64,000 bases of DNA. It comes from a virus. Positions 1-9,077 of this stretch are shown here, one piece after another; the stretch's first letter is position 1; the number at the start of each line of letters is the position of its first letter. The stretch lies in the IMG/VR virus record IMGVR_UViG_3300027863_001119, positions 32,001 to 96,000 of that record; one strand, 5' to 3'. Both the position numbers and the translations under genes were made by a program. The notes below the pieces were generated by a model, which worked only from the letters and a program-made list of their open reading frames with translations, did no database searches and had not been told where the DNA came from.

Positions 1-1507
1 ATACTCTCGTGCATATCCAGAAGCTAACATTCCACGACTAGCAGGAAGATTATATGAGGAGTATGGCGGTTTTGGAATGACTCCTCTTGCCGCAATAAAT
101 GCTGCTATGTATTTCTCGCGTATGGCAGCTTATGGTAGAATGATTCCAACCGCAGATGTTGGGGAAAATATGAATATTTTGTTAAGAACTGCAGAGTTGT
201 ATAAAAGTAGGGGATTAGGAGTAAAATCATTTGAAATGGCTCAAGCTTCAATATTAGGATTATCTCAAGTAAGAGGAGCGGGAGGAGAACCTTTACCTTT
301 AACTTTAATTACTGAATTATTAAGTATGTATCCTGGCAGAGCTCCAGAACAAGAAATTTTAATGAGAGCCTTAGGAGTACCTTTAACACAAAGAGCACAA
401 TATTTAGGAACTTACGGTCCATTGTTTACAATTCAAGCATTACAAAAGTGGGCTAAAAGTAAAGGATTAGCAGGAATGCCAGGAAGTGAAGTTCAGGATA
501 TTGTTACAAGAGAATTAGGATCGAAGATGGGAAGATCTTATCAAGAGTTAATTACTTTAGCACAATTACCTGATATTACCTTTAAGGTACAAGATATAGA
601 AAAAGTAGTTAAGAGTATAAATTCATTAAATACAGAACAAGTAAATTCATTAAAAAACTTTATACAAGGAATACCAGATAGACATGCAAGAGAACTAGAA
701 CAAAGAGAAAAGAGAGCTCGAAAATTACCAGACGTAATAGGAGGCTTTCTTGATTGGATTTCTACACAAGCTGCAGGGAAGGCAGAGGACTTAGGAATTT
801 CTCCATTACTTTTACAATCTATAATCGGAGGTCTTGTTAGTGGAGCTCTTGCTTATACAGGAATTAAAGGGATAAAAAAACTTAAAGGAATTGCAGGGGC
901 GCTTACAAAATCTGGTGGATTAAGAGACATTATTTTAGGAGGTAAAGTTGCAGGAGAGGTTGCAGAAGGAGTAGGAGGTAAGGTTGCTGGGGAAGTTGCA
1001 GAAGAAGTAGCAACAAAGGTAGGTACAAAACTCGGTTTAGGGGCATTAGGAAAAACAGTATCAAAATTCTTTGGACCAATAGGTGCTATACTTGCTGTTT
1101 ATGATATAGTAGATTTATTAGTTGATTCAATAAATAGACAAAGTGAGTTAACACAAGCAGAGAGAGAGTATAAAAAGATTGAAGAAGTATCAAAAGGAAT
1201 AGGAACTACACCAGGTAAGTTTTTTAGATCTCCTCAAGGTTTCAAATCTCTTAGTAAATATATGACTACTCCTTCAGTATCAGACGCAACTGGAGTTAGT
1301 CTTGGCAAAGAGCTTAGTAAATTAGATACGACAAGAGAAGATGCTTTATCTGCTTTAAAAGACAAATCTTCTTCTGGTACATTAAATGTTATATTTTCAA
1401 CTTCCTCTGGAATAAATCTTGGAGAAACAATAGCTGAGATAGGAAAAGAAACATTTATTAATATAAACATTGGCGCAATTATAAATTCAATGTCAGGAAG
1501 ATCTTAA
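1..1507 (+). CDS. Probable tape measure protein, C-terminal part (5'-truncated by window edge)
   Basis: Frame is open from position 2 to the first ATG at 77; Ala/Gly/Lys-rich amphipathic helices (GLGALGKTVSKFFGPIGAILAVYDIV); lies directly upstream of the baseplate genes. Confidence 0.6.
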   Translation, partial: YSRAYPEANIPRLAGRLYEEYGGFGMTPLAAINAAMYFSRMAAYGRMIPTADVGENMNILLRTAELYKSRGLGVKSFEMAQASILGLSQVRGAGGEPLPLTLITELLSMYPGRAPEQEILMRALGVPLTQRAQYLGTYGPLFTIQALQKWAKSKGLAGMPGSEVQDIVTRELGSKMGRSYQELITLAQLPDITFKVQDIEKVVKSINSLNTEQVNSLKNFIQGIPDRHARELEQREKRARKLPDVIGGFLDWISTQAAGKAEDLGISPLLLQSIIGGLVSGALAYTGIKGIKKLKGIAGALTKSGGLRDIILGGKVAGEVAEGVGGKVAGEVAEEVATKVGTKLGLGALGKTVSKFFGPIGAILAVYDIVDLLVDSINRQSELTQAEREYKKIEEVSKGIGTTPGKFFRSPQGFKSLSKYMTTPSVSDATGVSLGKELSKLDTTREDALSALKDKSSSGTLNVIFSTSSGINLGETIAEIGKETFININIGAIINSMSGRS

Positions 1508-1508
1508 T

Positions 1509-2267
1509 ATGTCAAGAATATCAATGAAAATATACAAAGTTCCAGTAGTTCCTTCATCTGAAATAAAAACAAAATTAAATTCTCAGAATTACTTAATAGG
1601 AGTTACAGAAGCAGATATAGTAAAGAAAGAAGATGACTACTTACATATTACTCTTACTCCTAATAATTTTTCTTCAAATGATGCATCTAAGATATTTCTT
1701 AGTTCTTCAATGCCGATAGATTGTGTAGTACAAAAGGATAGTGTAACAAACGAGTATTACGTACTCTTAACGGAAACTAATACAAAATATTATATACCTA
1801 AGAGTTTTGGTGTTGAAAGAAGAGAATTCGATCAAATCTTTGAATTCTATGTAAATCCAATAAGAGTAACTCCTATTTATAGGAAGATATATAACGAAAT
1901 TAGAACAAGAGGAGGATGGGAGGTACAACACTGGGGAAATGCGTTAACAGAATTAAAAGTAGATTGTATAACTGGAGGGATGTTATTAAAAGAAGATGGT
2001 TCTAAATTATCTAAAACTGAATCTATCGTAGAATCTCAAGCGTGGAAGAAAGTACAAAAACTAAGACAGATATATGAAGAAGATCATAAGTATAGAAATC
2101 AACCTTTAAAAAGTTTACTTGGCATAAATTATTATGATCTTTTTTTGATAGGCTTTTTCACAGAGTTTAGCGGGCCGATAGCAGATGCTGAAAAACCTTA
2201 TCTTATGACATTTGGGTTTACATTCAAAGTATTAGACTATATGCAGTTGGATACTGCATATATGTAA
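1509..2267 (+). CDS. Putative tail tube initiator / baseplate-associated protein
   Basis: FEFYVNP..IRTRGGWEVQHWG..FTFKV pattern resembles tube-initiator proteins; follows the tape measure gene. Confidence 0.5.
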   Translation: MSRISMKIYKVPVVPSSEIKTKLNSQNYLIGVTEADIVKKEDDYLHITLTPNNFSSNDASKIFLSSSMPIDCVVQKDSVTNEYYVLLTETNTKYYIPKSFGVERREFDQIFEFYVNPIRVTPIYRKIYNEIRTRGGWEVQHWGNALTELKVDCITGGMLLKEDGSKLSKTESIVESQAWKKVQKLRQIYEEDHKYRNQPLKSLLGINYYDLFLIGFFTEFSGPIADAEKPYLMTFGFTFKVLDYMQLDTAYM

Positions 2268-2295
2268 GTTTTTGAATATAGGAGGTTAAAGAAAA

Positions 2296-2853
2296 ATGAG
2301 AATTTTAAAGTTTAGTTATAGCTATACACAACTTAATGAAGATAGTATAAAAGAAGGAAAATTAAAGATTGGAGACTATGTAACGCCTACTACTACAATT
2401 GTATCTCCGGAAGAAACACTTGCTGTATATCCTGGAGAATTTTACAGAGTAGTAGAATTTTTACCTTCTAAATACAAAGGAGGGTTTGTAATTGATGTTG
2501 AAGGAAATAAATGGGGGTTTTGGTTTTCAAAAGAAGGATTAGGTGAGTACTTTCAAAAGGTAGAAATGTCTAAACAAGACAAGATGGAAGTAACATATGG
2601 AGAACTTCCTTACAAGATTTTACAAACATTAAATGAAAAAGGGTTGTTATCTCTCGACAACATTGTAGAGATTGTTTTAAATCAAAAATTAAGTGTTCCT
2701 CCTGAAAATGTACGTAAAGTAAAAACAGAAATTATAAAAGCAGTTTATGCTTTACAAGAATTACAATTTATTGCTCCTACTGTTGTTGTAAAAGATGGTC
2801 AAAAAACATATATGATTACTCCAAAAGGAAAACAATATTTAAAAGCAGATTAA
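2296..2853 (+). CDS. Hypothetical protein with C-terminal winged-helix-like motif
   Basis: GGAGG Shine-Dalgarno upstream; ends in L.ELQFI..YMITPKGKQYL, a wHTH wing signature. Confidence 0.45.
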   Translation: MRILKFSYSYTQLNEDSIKEGKLKIGDYVTPTTTIVSPEETLAVYPGEFYRVVEFLPSKYKGGFVIDVEGNKWGFWFSKEGLGEYFQKVEMSKQDKMEVTYGELPYKILQTLNEKGLLSLDNIVEIVLNQKLSVPPENVRKVKTEIIKAVYALQELQFIAPTVVVKDGQKTYMITPKGKQYLKAD

Positions 2854-2857
2854 GATT

Positions 2858-4876
2858 ATGTCGTGGCAAAACATTACACATTATTATCCTAACGCAATGC
2901 TCATATTTGTTTCGTCTTATCAGAAAGATAGCAATAATTTATCATCTGTAGTATTTTCTAATTTAGGAGACGTTAAGGAAATACAATCTATTCGTGTTTC
3001 TTTAACAGTAAAGTCATCTCCTGGAACTTTAAGCGCCACAATAGTTAATACAGGTAAAAAGTTTTTTAGAGAAGACGATCCAGAAAAGGAAATTCCAATA
3101 TTATATAACTATAGTAATAAAAAGAAAAAAATAAATGTGTATGCAAATATCTCATCAAATTCGCAACTTATGGATTCTTTCAGAACAGTCTCAGAAGAAG
3201 AGCATAGTAATTTTTATGAATTCAGTAGTTACGATGAATGGGAAAAGTATGAATACATAATTCTTGAAGATAAAGAAACTCAATTAAGATATCCTCTTTT
3301 TAATACAAGAAATTCATTAGGTAAAGTTCAAGAATATTGGACATATGATATAGACGGGAATATAATTGTTATAAAAGATATTAATCAGATAAAACAAAAG
3401 GTATCGGGAGAAGAAATTCTTATAAATGTTAACAATAGTACGAGAGTATTTATTATATACAAGTATAATAATCAAGCGTTTACTACTACATACAAAGATA
3501 TTGATGTACAAGGTAAAGGGAAAAAGTATGAAAGAGGAAGATGTAGAATCGAACCGATGGACAGAGTAATTTGTTATATGTCAAAAAGGTTTGATAATCG
3601 AAAAGTATCTGATATGATTAGAGTATTTACAGGAGTAGTAGATAGTGTAGAAGACAGCTATAGTGGAGACCAAGAACTTTTAAATATCCAATGTACAGAT
3701 GTTACTAAGTATATGAAACTTTCTTACATAAATGTAAATCCCGCATTGTTACTTGACAAAGCAACTGATATTAATCAAACTCCAGATCAAAAACTAACTA
3801 TTTGGACTAGTATACTAAAAGGACTTAGGGCTCCAGATATCATACGTTTAGTAACTTTAGGACATAAACATTTATCTAAGAAAACATCTCAAACACAATC
3901 TATCGATGGTATTGGATATTATGATGCTTCAAATGTTCCCAAAATAGGAACTCGTATTAGATTTAGTCCAGAAGACAATTCCTTTATAGAAGTAACTCAA
4001 GATGGTAATAGAAAGAAAATAAGTTTTAAAGAAGCATTAGGGGCGTTGTTTACAACAAGTACTGTTCATATAGTAGATCCTTTTAATAAAAACACTCATT
4101 TGAAAGGATTTCGCCCATACGAAATTTCTTTATCATTATCTTGGAGTTACTATCAAGGAGAATGGAAAACGAGAAGAGAAATAGCAGAAAGAGTTGCAGA
4201 AGATAGTCATTTTAACTTTTATGCAGATCGTAATGGGGAAATTTGGTTTCATCCTCTAAGGTTTGACAACTCTTGGATTTTTGCGTGTGAAGATCCTAGA
4301 ATTTATATTATTGACACAGACAGTATAATAAGCTATGGATTTGTAGAATCAGATCAAAATATATACTCTACTGTTTATGCTTCTACCGAACCAGATTTTG
4401 CTTATGAATCTTTGCAGTCATTAGGGTGGTATGCAAGAACAGTAAGAGATGATGGAGTTACTATGAAATATGGCCAAAGATTTTTTACAGTTCACAATCC
4501 TATTATAAACACTAAAGATAAAACGGATAAAGCAATCATTGCATTTGCAAAATCAGTTTTGCAAAGATTACTTGCAGGAAGGTATCAAGGACAAGTTACA
4601 ATAGTAGGTAGACCAGAGATTGATCCTGGCAGACCTGTATATATTCCATTAGTTAATAGAGTTTATTATGTAGAAACAGTTGAACATAGTTTTTCTTTTG
4701 GTAGTCAATTTACTACTACACTAAGTTTAAGTTATGGAAGAAAACCATGGGAATATTTACCAGAGATTATTTCTTTTTCGGAAAGCGACGAGATTTACTT
4801 AGTTGATGCACACGTTTATCAATATGTAGAAACCTTAACTAACGAAGCAAAGAAAAATGTCAAAAATCCGAAGTAA
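2858..4876 (+). CDS. Baseplate hub protein (gpD/gp27-like)
   Basis: VFTGVVDSV, FNFYADRNGEIWF and GQVTIVGRPEIDPGRPV..YYVETVEHSF..TTTLSL are typical of contractile-tail hub proteins. Confidence 0.7.
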   Translation: MSWQNITHYYPNAMLIFVSSYQKDSNNLSSVVFSNLGDVKEIQSIRVSLTVKSSPGTLSATIVNTGKKFFREDDPEKEIPILYNYSNKKKKINVYANISSNSQLMDSFRTVSEEEHSNFYEFSSYDEWEKYEYIILEDKETQLRYPLFNTRNSLGKVQEYWTYDIDGNIIVIKDINQIKQKVSGEEILINVNNSTRVFIIYKYNNQAFTTTYKDIDVQGKGKKYERGRCRIEPMDRVICYMSKRFDNRKVSDMIRVFTGVVDSVEDSYSGDQELLNIQCTDVTKYMKLSYINVNPALLLDKATDINQTPDQKLTIWTSILKGLRAPDIIRLVTLGHKHLSKKTSQTQSIDGIGYYDASNVPKIGTRIRFSPEDNSFIEVTQDGNRKKISFKEALGALFTTSTVHIVDPFNKNTHLKGFRPYEISLSLSWSYYQGEWKTRREIAERVAEDSHFNFYADRNGEIWFHPLRFDNSWIFACEDPRIYIIDTDSIISYGFVESDQNIYSTVYASTEPDFAYESLQSLGWYARTVRDDGVTMKYGQRFFTVHNPIINTKDKTDKAIIAFAKSVLQRLLAGRYQGQVTIVGRPEIDPGRPVYIPLVNRVYYVETVEHSFSFGSQFTTTLSLSYGRKPWEYLPEIISFSESDEIYLVDAHVYQYVETLTNEAKKNVKNPK

Positions 4877-5522
4877 TAGAGATATTAAATACGTAATAAT
4901 TCAGCATACTGGAGATTCTATTCCTATAACTGCAACAGAATTAAATCAATATCACTTACAGATGGGAGATTATGGACCTCCTTATGATATTATAATAGAT
5001 TCTTTTGGTAATTTATCTTTATCTCAACGGTGGACAAGATCTCAAAAAAGAGAACTATTAGAAGTAAACGCATCTTTTTATAAAATTTTTTACTACAAAG
5101 AACATTTTTACATAGATATATTACCTATATATTATCAAGACAAAAGTTTAGTTATTGGAGTTATAGGAGATTTTGATAATGTTAGGCCTAATTCTTTTAT
5201 TTATAATACTTTAGTTAAAGTTTTAACTGAGATAAATAATAATTTAAATATTGATTTATACACTGACCTACTTTATTATTATGAAATATATAATACTACT
5301 TCTCCAGGAGTTTTCTTTTTTGATAAGATTAAACTAATTAAAGATGTAACAAAAGCTAAAAAATCAGTATTTATACCTTATATTTATAAGAAAGAAATTG
5401 TTGATACTGGAGGAATTATTGATAAAGAACAATCTAAGGAAGAGGATATAAGTGGAGTTTTACTATATGAAGATAATACTATAATGTTTAGTGAAGATAA
5501 TACATATATACAATTGGAGTAA
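4857..5522 (+). CDS. Amidase_2/PGRP-fold protein, probably catalytically inactive
   Basis: YVIIQHT, H..MG..PYDIII, IGVIGDFD and TSPG align with T7-lysozyme-type amidase motifs, but the Zn ligands are substituted. Confidence 0.6.
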   Translation: MSKIRSNRDIKYVIIQHTGDSIPITATELNQYHLQMGDYGPPYDIIIDSFGNLSLSQRWTRSQKRELLEVNASFYKIFYYKEHFYIDILPIYYQDKSLVIGVIGDFDNVRPNSFIYNTLVKVLTEINNNLNIDLYTDLLYYYEIYNTTSPGVFFFDKIKLIKDVTKAKKSVFIPYIYKKEIVDTGGIIDKEQSKEEDISGVLLYEDNTIMFSEDNTYIQLE

Positions 5523-5528
5523 TAAAAT

Positions 5529-8327
5529 ATGGCAGTAACAGGAAAAAAATTATCAGAGCTTGAAAAAATACAAGATTCTAGTATAAGAGAATCTTTACAT
5601 CTAAAATATGTTCCAGTGCTTGATACTACTCGTTCGTTAGACTCAGCTAAAAATGTTACTGTGAATTTGGATAATTTATTAAGTGTAATAATAGATGACG
5701 AAAATTTATCTTATAATAGAAGTTGGAGTAGTTACAAAGTAAGAGATTTATTAGAAGTTAAAGCAGATAGATCATATGTACAAAGCATCTATGATTCTTT
5801 GATAAACGAACTGAATTCAAAAGCAACTAAATCATATGTAGACAATCTACTTTTAGGTATATCATGGCAAAATCCGGTAATTAATTTTGTAACACAAGCA
5901 CAATTAAACTCTTTATCTCCACAAGAAAATGATAGATATATTATTACTGATGGAACAAATATTAATAAAATCGCTATAAGACAAGGAGGAAGTTGGGTAT
6001 ATGTAACTCCTCAAAACAACTGGGCAGTAGTAAGATCAAGTAACAATTCTATTTATGTATATAACTCAAATTCTACAGATGCAATTAAGTGGATGAGTTT
6101 ACAAGGAGTTGCCCCACCTCCATATAATCCTTATAAATATTTTACGTTAACTACAAATATGAGCGCAGGGGATCTTGTAGTATTGAATACAAATGGTACG
6201 ATTTCAAAGATTACTTATAATCCTATTACTTTTATTTCTAATTTGGCTCCTAGTAATGTAAATGATAGTGTATTTATGCTATCTGTTATAGGATTACAAA
6301 ATGATGTATTTGTTTATACTTATCAAAGAAACGTTTCTTCTAGTGACCGAAGAATTATAACTAATGTAGTTCAGATTTCAGGAGGGTCAATAACTATTGG
6401 GAGTAATCCTCTTATTAGTTATTTTAATGATACGCTTCCTGACGCAAAATTATCAAAATATGATTCGAGTACAGGAGCATTATTTATAAAATATTTTATG
6501 GGATCACCTGCAACTATTGATACTATAAGAGTAAGCTTAACTCTTTTTACAACAAGTGGTACATCAATAATAACTCAGCAAAGCATAAGTCTTAGTTTAA
6601 CCTCTGGATATTTGAATGTTGCACGAAACAGTCTTGCAGGAGCTGGAACTTCTAACTCAGCATTAAGTTTTGGAGGATATAATCCTAATTTTGGAATATA
6701 TCTTTCAACAACAGAATTATTTGATAAAGTAGTTTGGACTACTAAAAATAATATGAATGTTGCACGTTACGGTTTAGCAGGAGCTGGAACTTCTAACTCA
6801 GCATTAAGTTTTGGAGGAGATAGTTCTACAGGATATGTTGCAACAACAGAATTATTTGACGGAATAAGTTGGACTACTAAAAATAATATGAATGTTGCGC
6901 GTGAAAGTCTTGCAGGAGCGGGAACTTCTAACTCAGCATTAAGTTTTGGAGGATATCCAGGTTATAGAACAACAGAATTATTTGACGGAATAAGTTGGAC
7001 TACTAAAAATAATATGAATGTTGATCGTGAACGTCTTGCAGGAGCGGGAACTTCTAACTCAGCATTAAGTTTTGGAGGATATCGTGCTGGTGCTGTTGCA
7101 ACAACAGAATTATTTGATGGAACAAGTTGGACTATTAAAAATAATATGAATGTTGCACGAAGCGGTCTTGCAGGAGCTGGAACTTCTAACTCAGCATTAA
7201 GTTTCGGAGGAATAGGGGGTACTAGAACAACGGAATTATTTGACGGAACAAGTTGGACTACTAAAAATGGTATGTATGTTGATCGTTACGATTTAGCAGG
7301 GGCTGGAACTTCCAACTCAGCATTAAGTTTCGGAGGACATGGTTCTGAAAAATATCTTGCAGCAACAGAATTATTTAATGGAACAAATTGGCATGATCTT
7401 TATAATTATACTCTCAAACCACAATTTTTTGATCGTTTTAATACAGTAAAATTATTTCCGTTATCAAGTAATAAAGTACTTTTATCGGTAGGAAAAGCTT
7501 TTGCTTCCTATAATCTATCTCCTTTTAGTTTTGATAATTATTATCTTTATATAGATAACAATACTTACGCATATGTTATAGACGCTCTTAACTCTACTAC
7601 TTTTGTTACTTATAGAACTTCTTCTAATAATCACTATGTAAGTATAATACAATACTTAAATAATGACTTAGTATTTGATCCATCATTATTTATGTTTGAA
7701 ACAGGAGTTACATTATCTAATGTAAGAATAAAAAGGTTAACCGATATTTCTTTCTTATTAGTATATTCTAAAAGTGGGGTGTATCATTTTAGAATAGGTG
7801 TAATTAGTAGTGGTCCTAATATAAGTTTTACATCTCCTATAATTCTATCAGGAGTTTCTAATGTTTATGATGTATGCGTTCTTTCTGAATCTACATTTAT
7901 AGTATATCATCCATCTGGAATAGTTCCAGGAAACATAGATTCTCAAAATCAAATAGAATTTGGTTCTAATATACCTTATAATTCATCTTATATAAGTTCT
8001 TCCTACAATGCTGGTACTACTATATCTCCTACGCTTAGTGCATTTGTATATTCTTCTGGGTCTATTGCTAAAGGTTATGGGATAGTTTATAGTCAACAAA
8101 CTATGGGGAAAGTAGTTGGTATCTTACAAGAGAGTGGAAGTGCTGGTCAAAGTAAACCAGTAGCACTTTTTGGGGATATAAGCAAAGTACATAGTGGACT
8201 TGTTCCTGGAAGTACTTACTATTATAATATTAATACTGGTAATGGTTTAACTACTACAAAAAATGATTATCCTGCTGGGATGGCAATTAGTCAAACAGAA
8301 TTAAAAATAATGTATCAAAAACAATAA
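5529..8327 (+). CDS. Virion fibre/receptor-binding protein with six-bladed Kelch propeller
   Basis: N-terminal KKLSEL anchor-like motif; six Kelch repeats (MNVARxxLAGAGTSNSALSFGG..TELFDG.SW); located in the tail module. Confidence 0.7.
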   Translation: MAVTGKKLSELEKIQDSSIRESLHLKYVPVLDTTRSLDSAKNVTVNLDNLLSVIIDDENLSYNRSWSSYKVRDLLEVKADRSYVQSIYDSLINELNSKATKSYVDNLLLGISWQNPVINFVTQAQLNSLSPQENDRYIITDGTNINKIAIRQGGSWVYVTPQNNWAVVRSSNNSIYVYNSNSTDAIKWMSLQGVAPPPYNPYKYFTLTTNMSAGDLVVLNTNGTISKITYNPITFISNLAPSNVNDSVFMLSVIGLQNDVFVYTYQRNVSSSDRRIITNVVQISGGSITIGSNPLISYFNDTLPDAKLSKYDSSTGALFIKYFMGSPATIDTIRVSLTLFTTSGTSIITQQSISLSLTSGYLNVARNSLAGAGTSNSALSFGGYNPNFGIYLSTTELFDKVVWTTKNNMNVARYGLAGAGTSNSALSFGGDSSTGYVATTELFDGISWTTKNNMNVARESLAGAGTSNSALSFGGYPGYRTTELFDGISWTTKNNMNVDRERLAGAGTSNSALSFGGYRAGAVATTELFDGTSWTIKNNMNVARSGLAGAGTSNSALSFGGIGGTRTTELFDGTSWTTKNGMYVDRYDLAGAGTSNSALSFGGHGSEKYLAATELFNGTNWHDLYNYTLKPQFFDRFNTVKLFPLSSNKVLLSVGKAFASYNLSPFSFDNYYLYIDNNTYAYVIDALNSTTFVTYRTSSNNHYVSIIQYLNNDLVFDPSLFMFETGVTLSNVRIKRLTDISFLLVYSKSGVYHFRIGVISSGPNISFTSPIILSGVSNVYDVCVLSESTFIVYHPSGIVPGNIDSQNQIEFGSNIPYNSSYISSSYNAGTTISPTLSAFVYSSGSIAKGYGIVYSQQTMGKVVGILQESGSAGQSKPVALFGDISKVHSGLVPGSTYYYNINTGNGLTTTKNDYPAGMAISQTELKIMYQKQ
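6612..7391 (+). repeat. Six Kelch-blade coding repeats (~125-140 bp) with near-identical framework and variable loops
   Basis: GCAGGAGCTGGAACTTCTAACTCAGCATTAAGTTTTGGAGGA and ACAACAGAATTATTTGA recur six times with few changes. Confidence 0.95.
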
Positions 8328-8339
8328 GGAGAATCTTTT

Positions 8340-9077
8340 ATGAATATTGAAAATGCAGTAAACATTATTAATACTTCTAATTTATTAAAAGAAAATGAAT
8401 TACAAGATATCTTAAACTTGAAAGAAGAATTAGCAGAAACATTTGCTAAATCTCAAGTTTTTAGAACTCGAACAGAAATGGAAGTTTCTGTTTTGAATGA
8501 CTTACATTTTCCTACTCATGCTGCTAAATACTGGCAAGCAGTAAGAGAACAAAACGTACATTTTACAGAGTTAGTAGAATTATCTTATGAGTATAGAAGA
8601 AAATGTATTGAAATTAAGAAGTTAAAAAGAAAGTTAGAAAAAGAAGAAGATGATTTAGAAAGAGAACTTATTCAAATTGACATAGAGAGAGAAGAATTTC
8701 ATTTAAGACAAATGGAAAAAGTTGCAAGAGACAGATTAAGAGAAGTAAAGGAGTGGAGCGATATAAAGAAGAGAGAAATGAAACATATGACAAAAGAAGA
8801 ACTGGAAGATGTAAACAATCATCAGTTAATTAGTTATACCAAGAGGTTTATACAAGAAGCAATGTTAATAGATTCTAATACTGAAGTTGCAGTAAAGATA
8901 AGTATATTAGGACATTTGAAGAATGCTTTGCAAGAATGTATAAGAAAAGAAGTATTGAACGAAGTACTAAAAGATCTTCCAGATAATCAAAAACTGTTTT
9001 TAGCGGAAGTCTTAAACTCTGAAATGAAGCAAGATAAAATAGAGGAAGCTTCTATAATAGAAGAAATAAAATTATGA
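8340..9077 (+). CDS. Coiled-coil phage protein (possible fibre chaperone/partner)
   Basis: AGGAG SD; FRTRTEM..SVL.D..PT.AAKYWQAVREQ motif followed by a charged coiled coil; immediately follows the Kelch protein. Confidence 0.5.
   Translation: MNIENAVNIINTSNLLKENELQDILNLKEELAETFAKSQVFRTRTEMEVSVLNDLHFPTHAAKYWQAVREQNVHFTELVELSYEYRRKCIEIKKLKRKLEKEEDDLERELIQIDIEREEFHLRQMEKVARDRLREVKEWSDIKKREMKHMTKEELEDVNNHQLISYTKRFIQEAMLIDSNTEVAVKISILGHLKNALQECIRKEVLNEVLKDLPDNQKLFLAEVLNSEMKQDKIEEASIIEEIKL

Noticed and set aside
938-1009. 12-aa duplication GGKVAGEVAE[GE]V in the tape-measure-like gene
   Set aside because: Short degenerate duplication typical of low-complexity tape-measure regions
6612-7391. Constant/variable alternation resembling a CRISPR array
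   Set aside because: Units are in-frame Kelch blades inside a long ORF; variable parts are short multiples of 3 nt; no cas genes or leader
6612-7391. Diversity-generating retroelement target
   Set aside because: Loops vary in length, which adenine-specific substitution does not explain; no reverse transcriptase or non-coding template repeat in the window (one elsewhere cannot be excluded)
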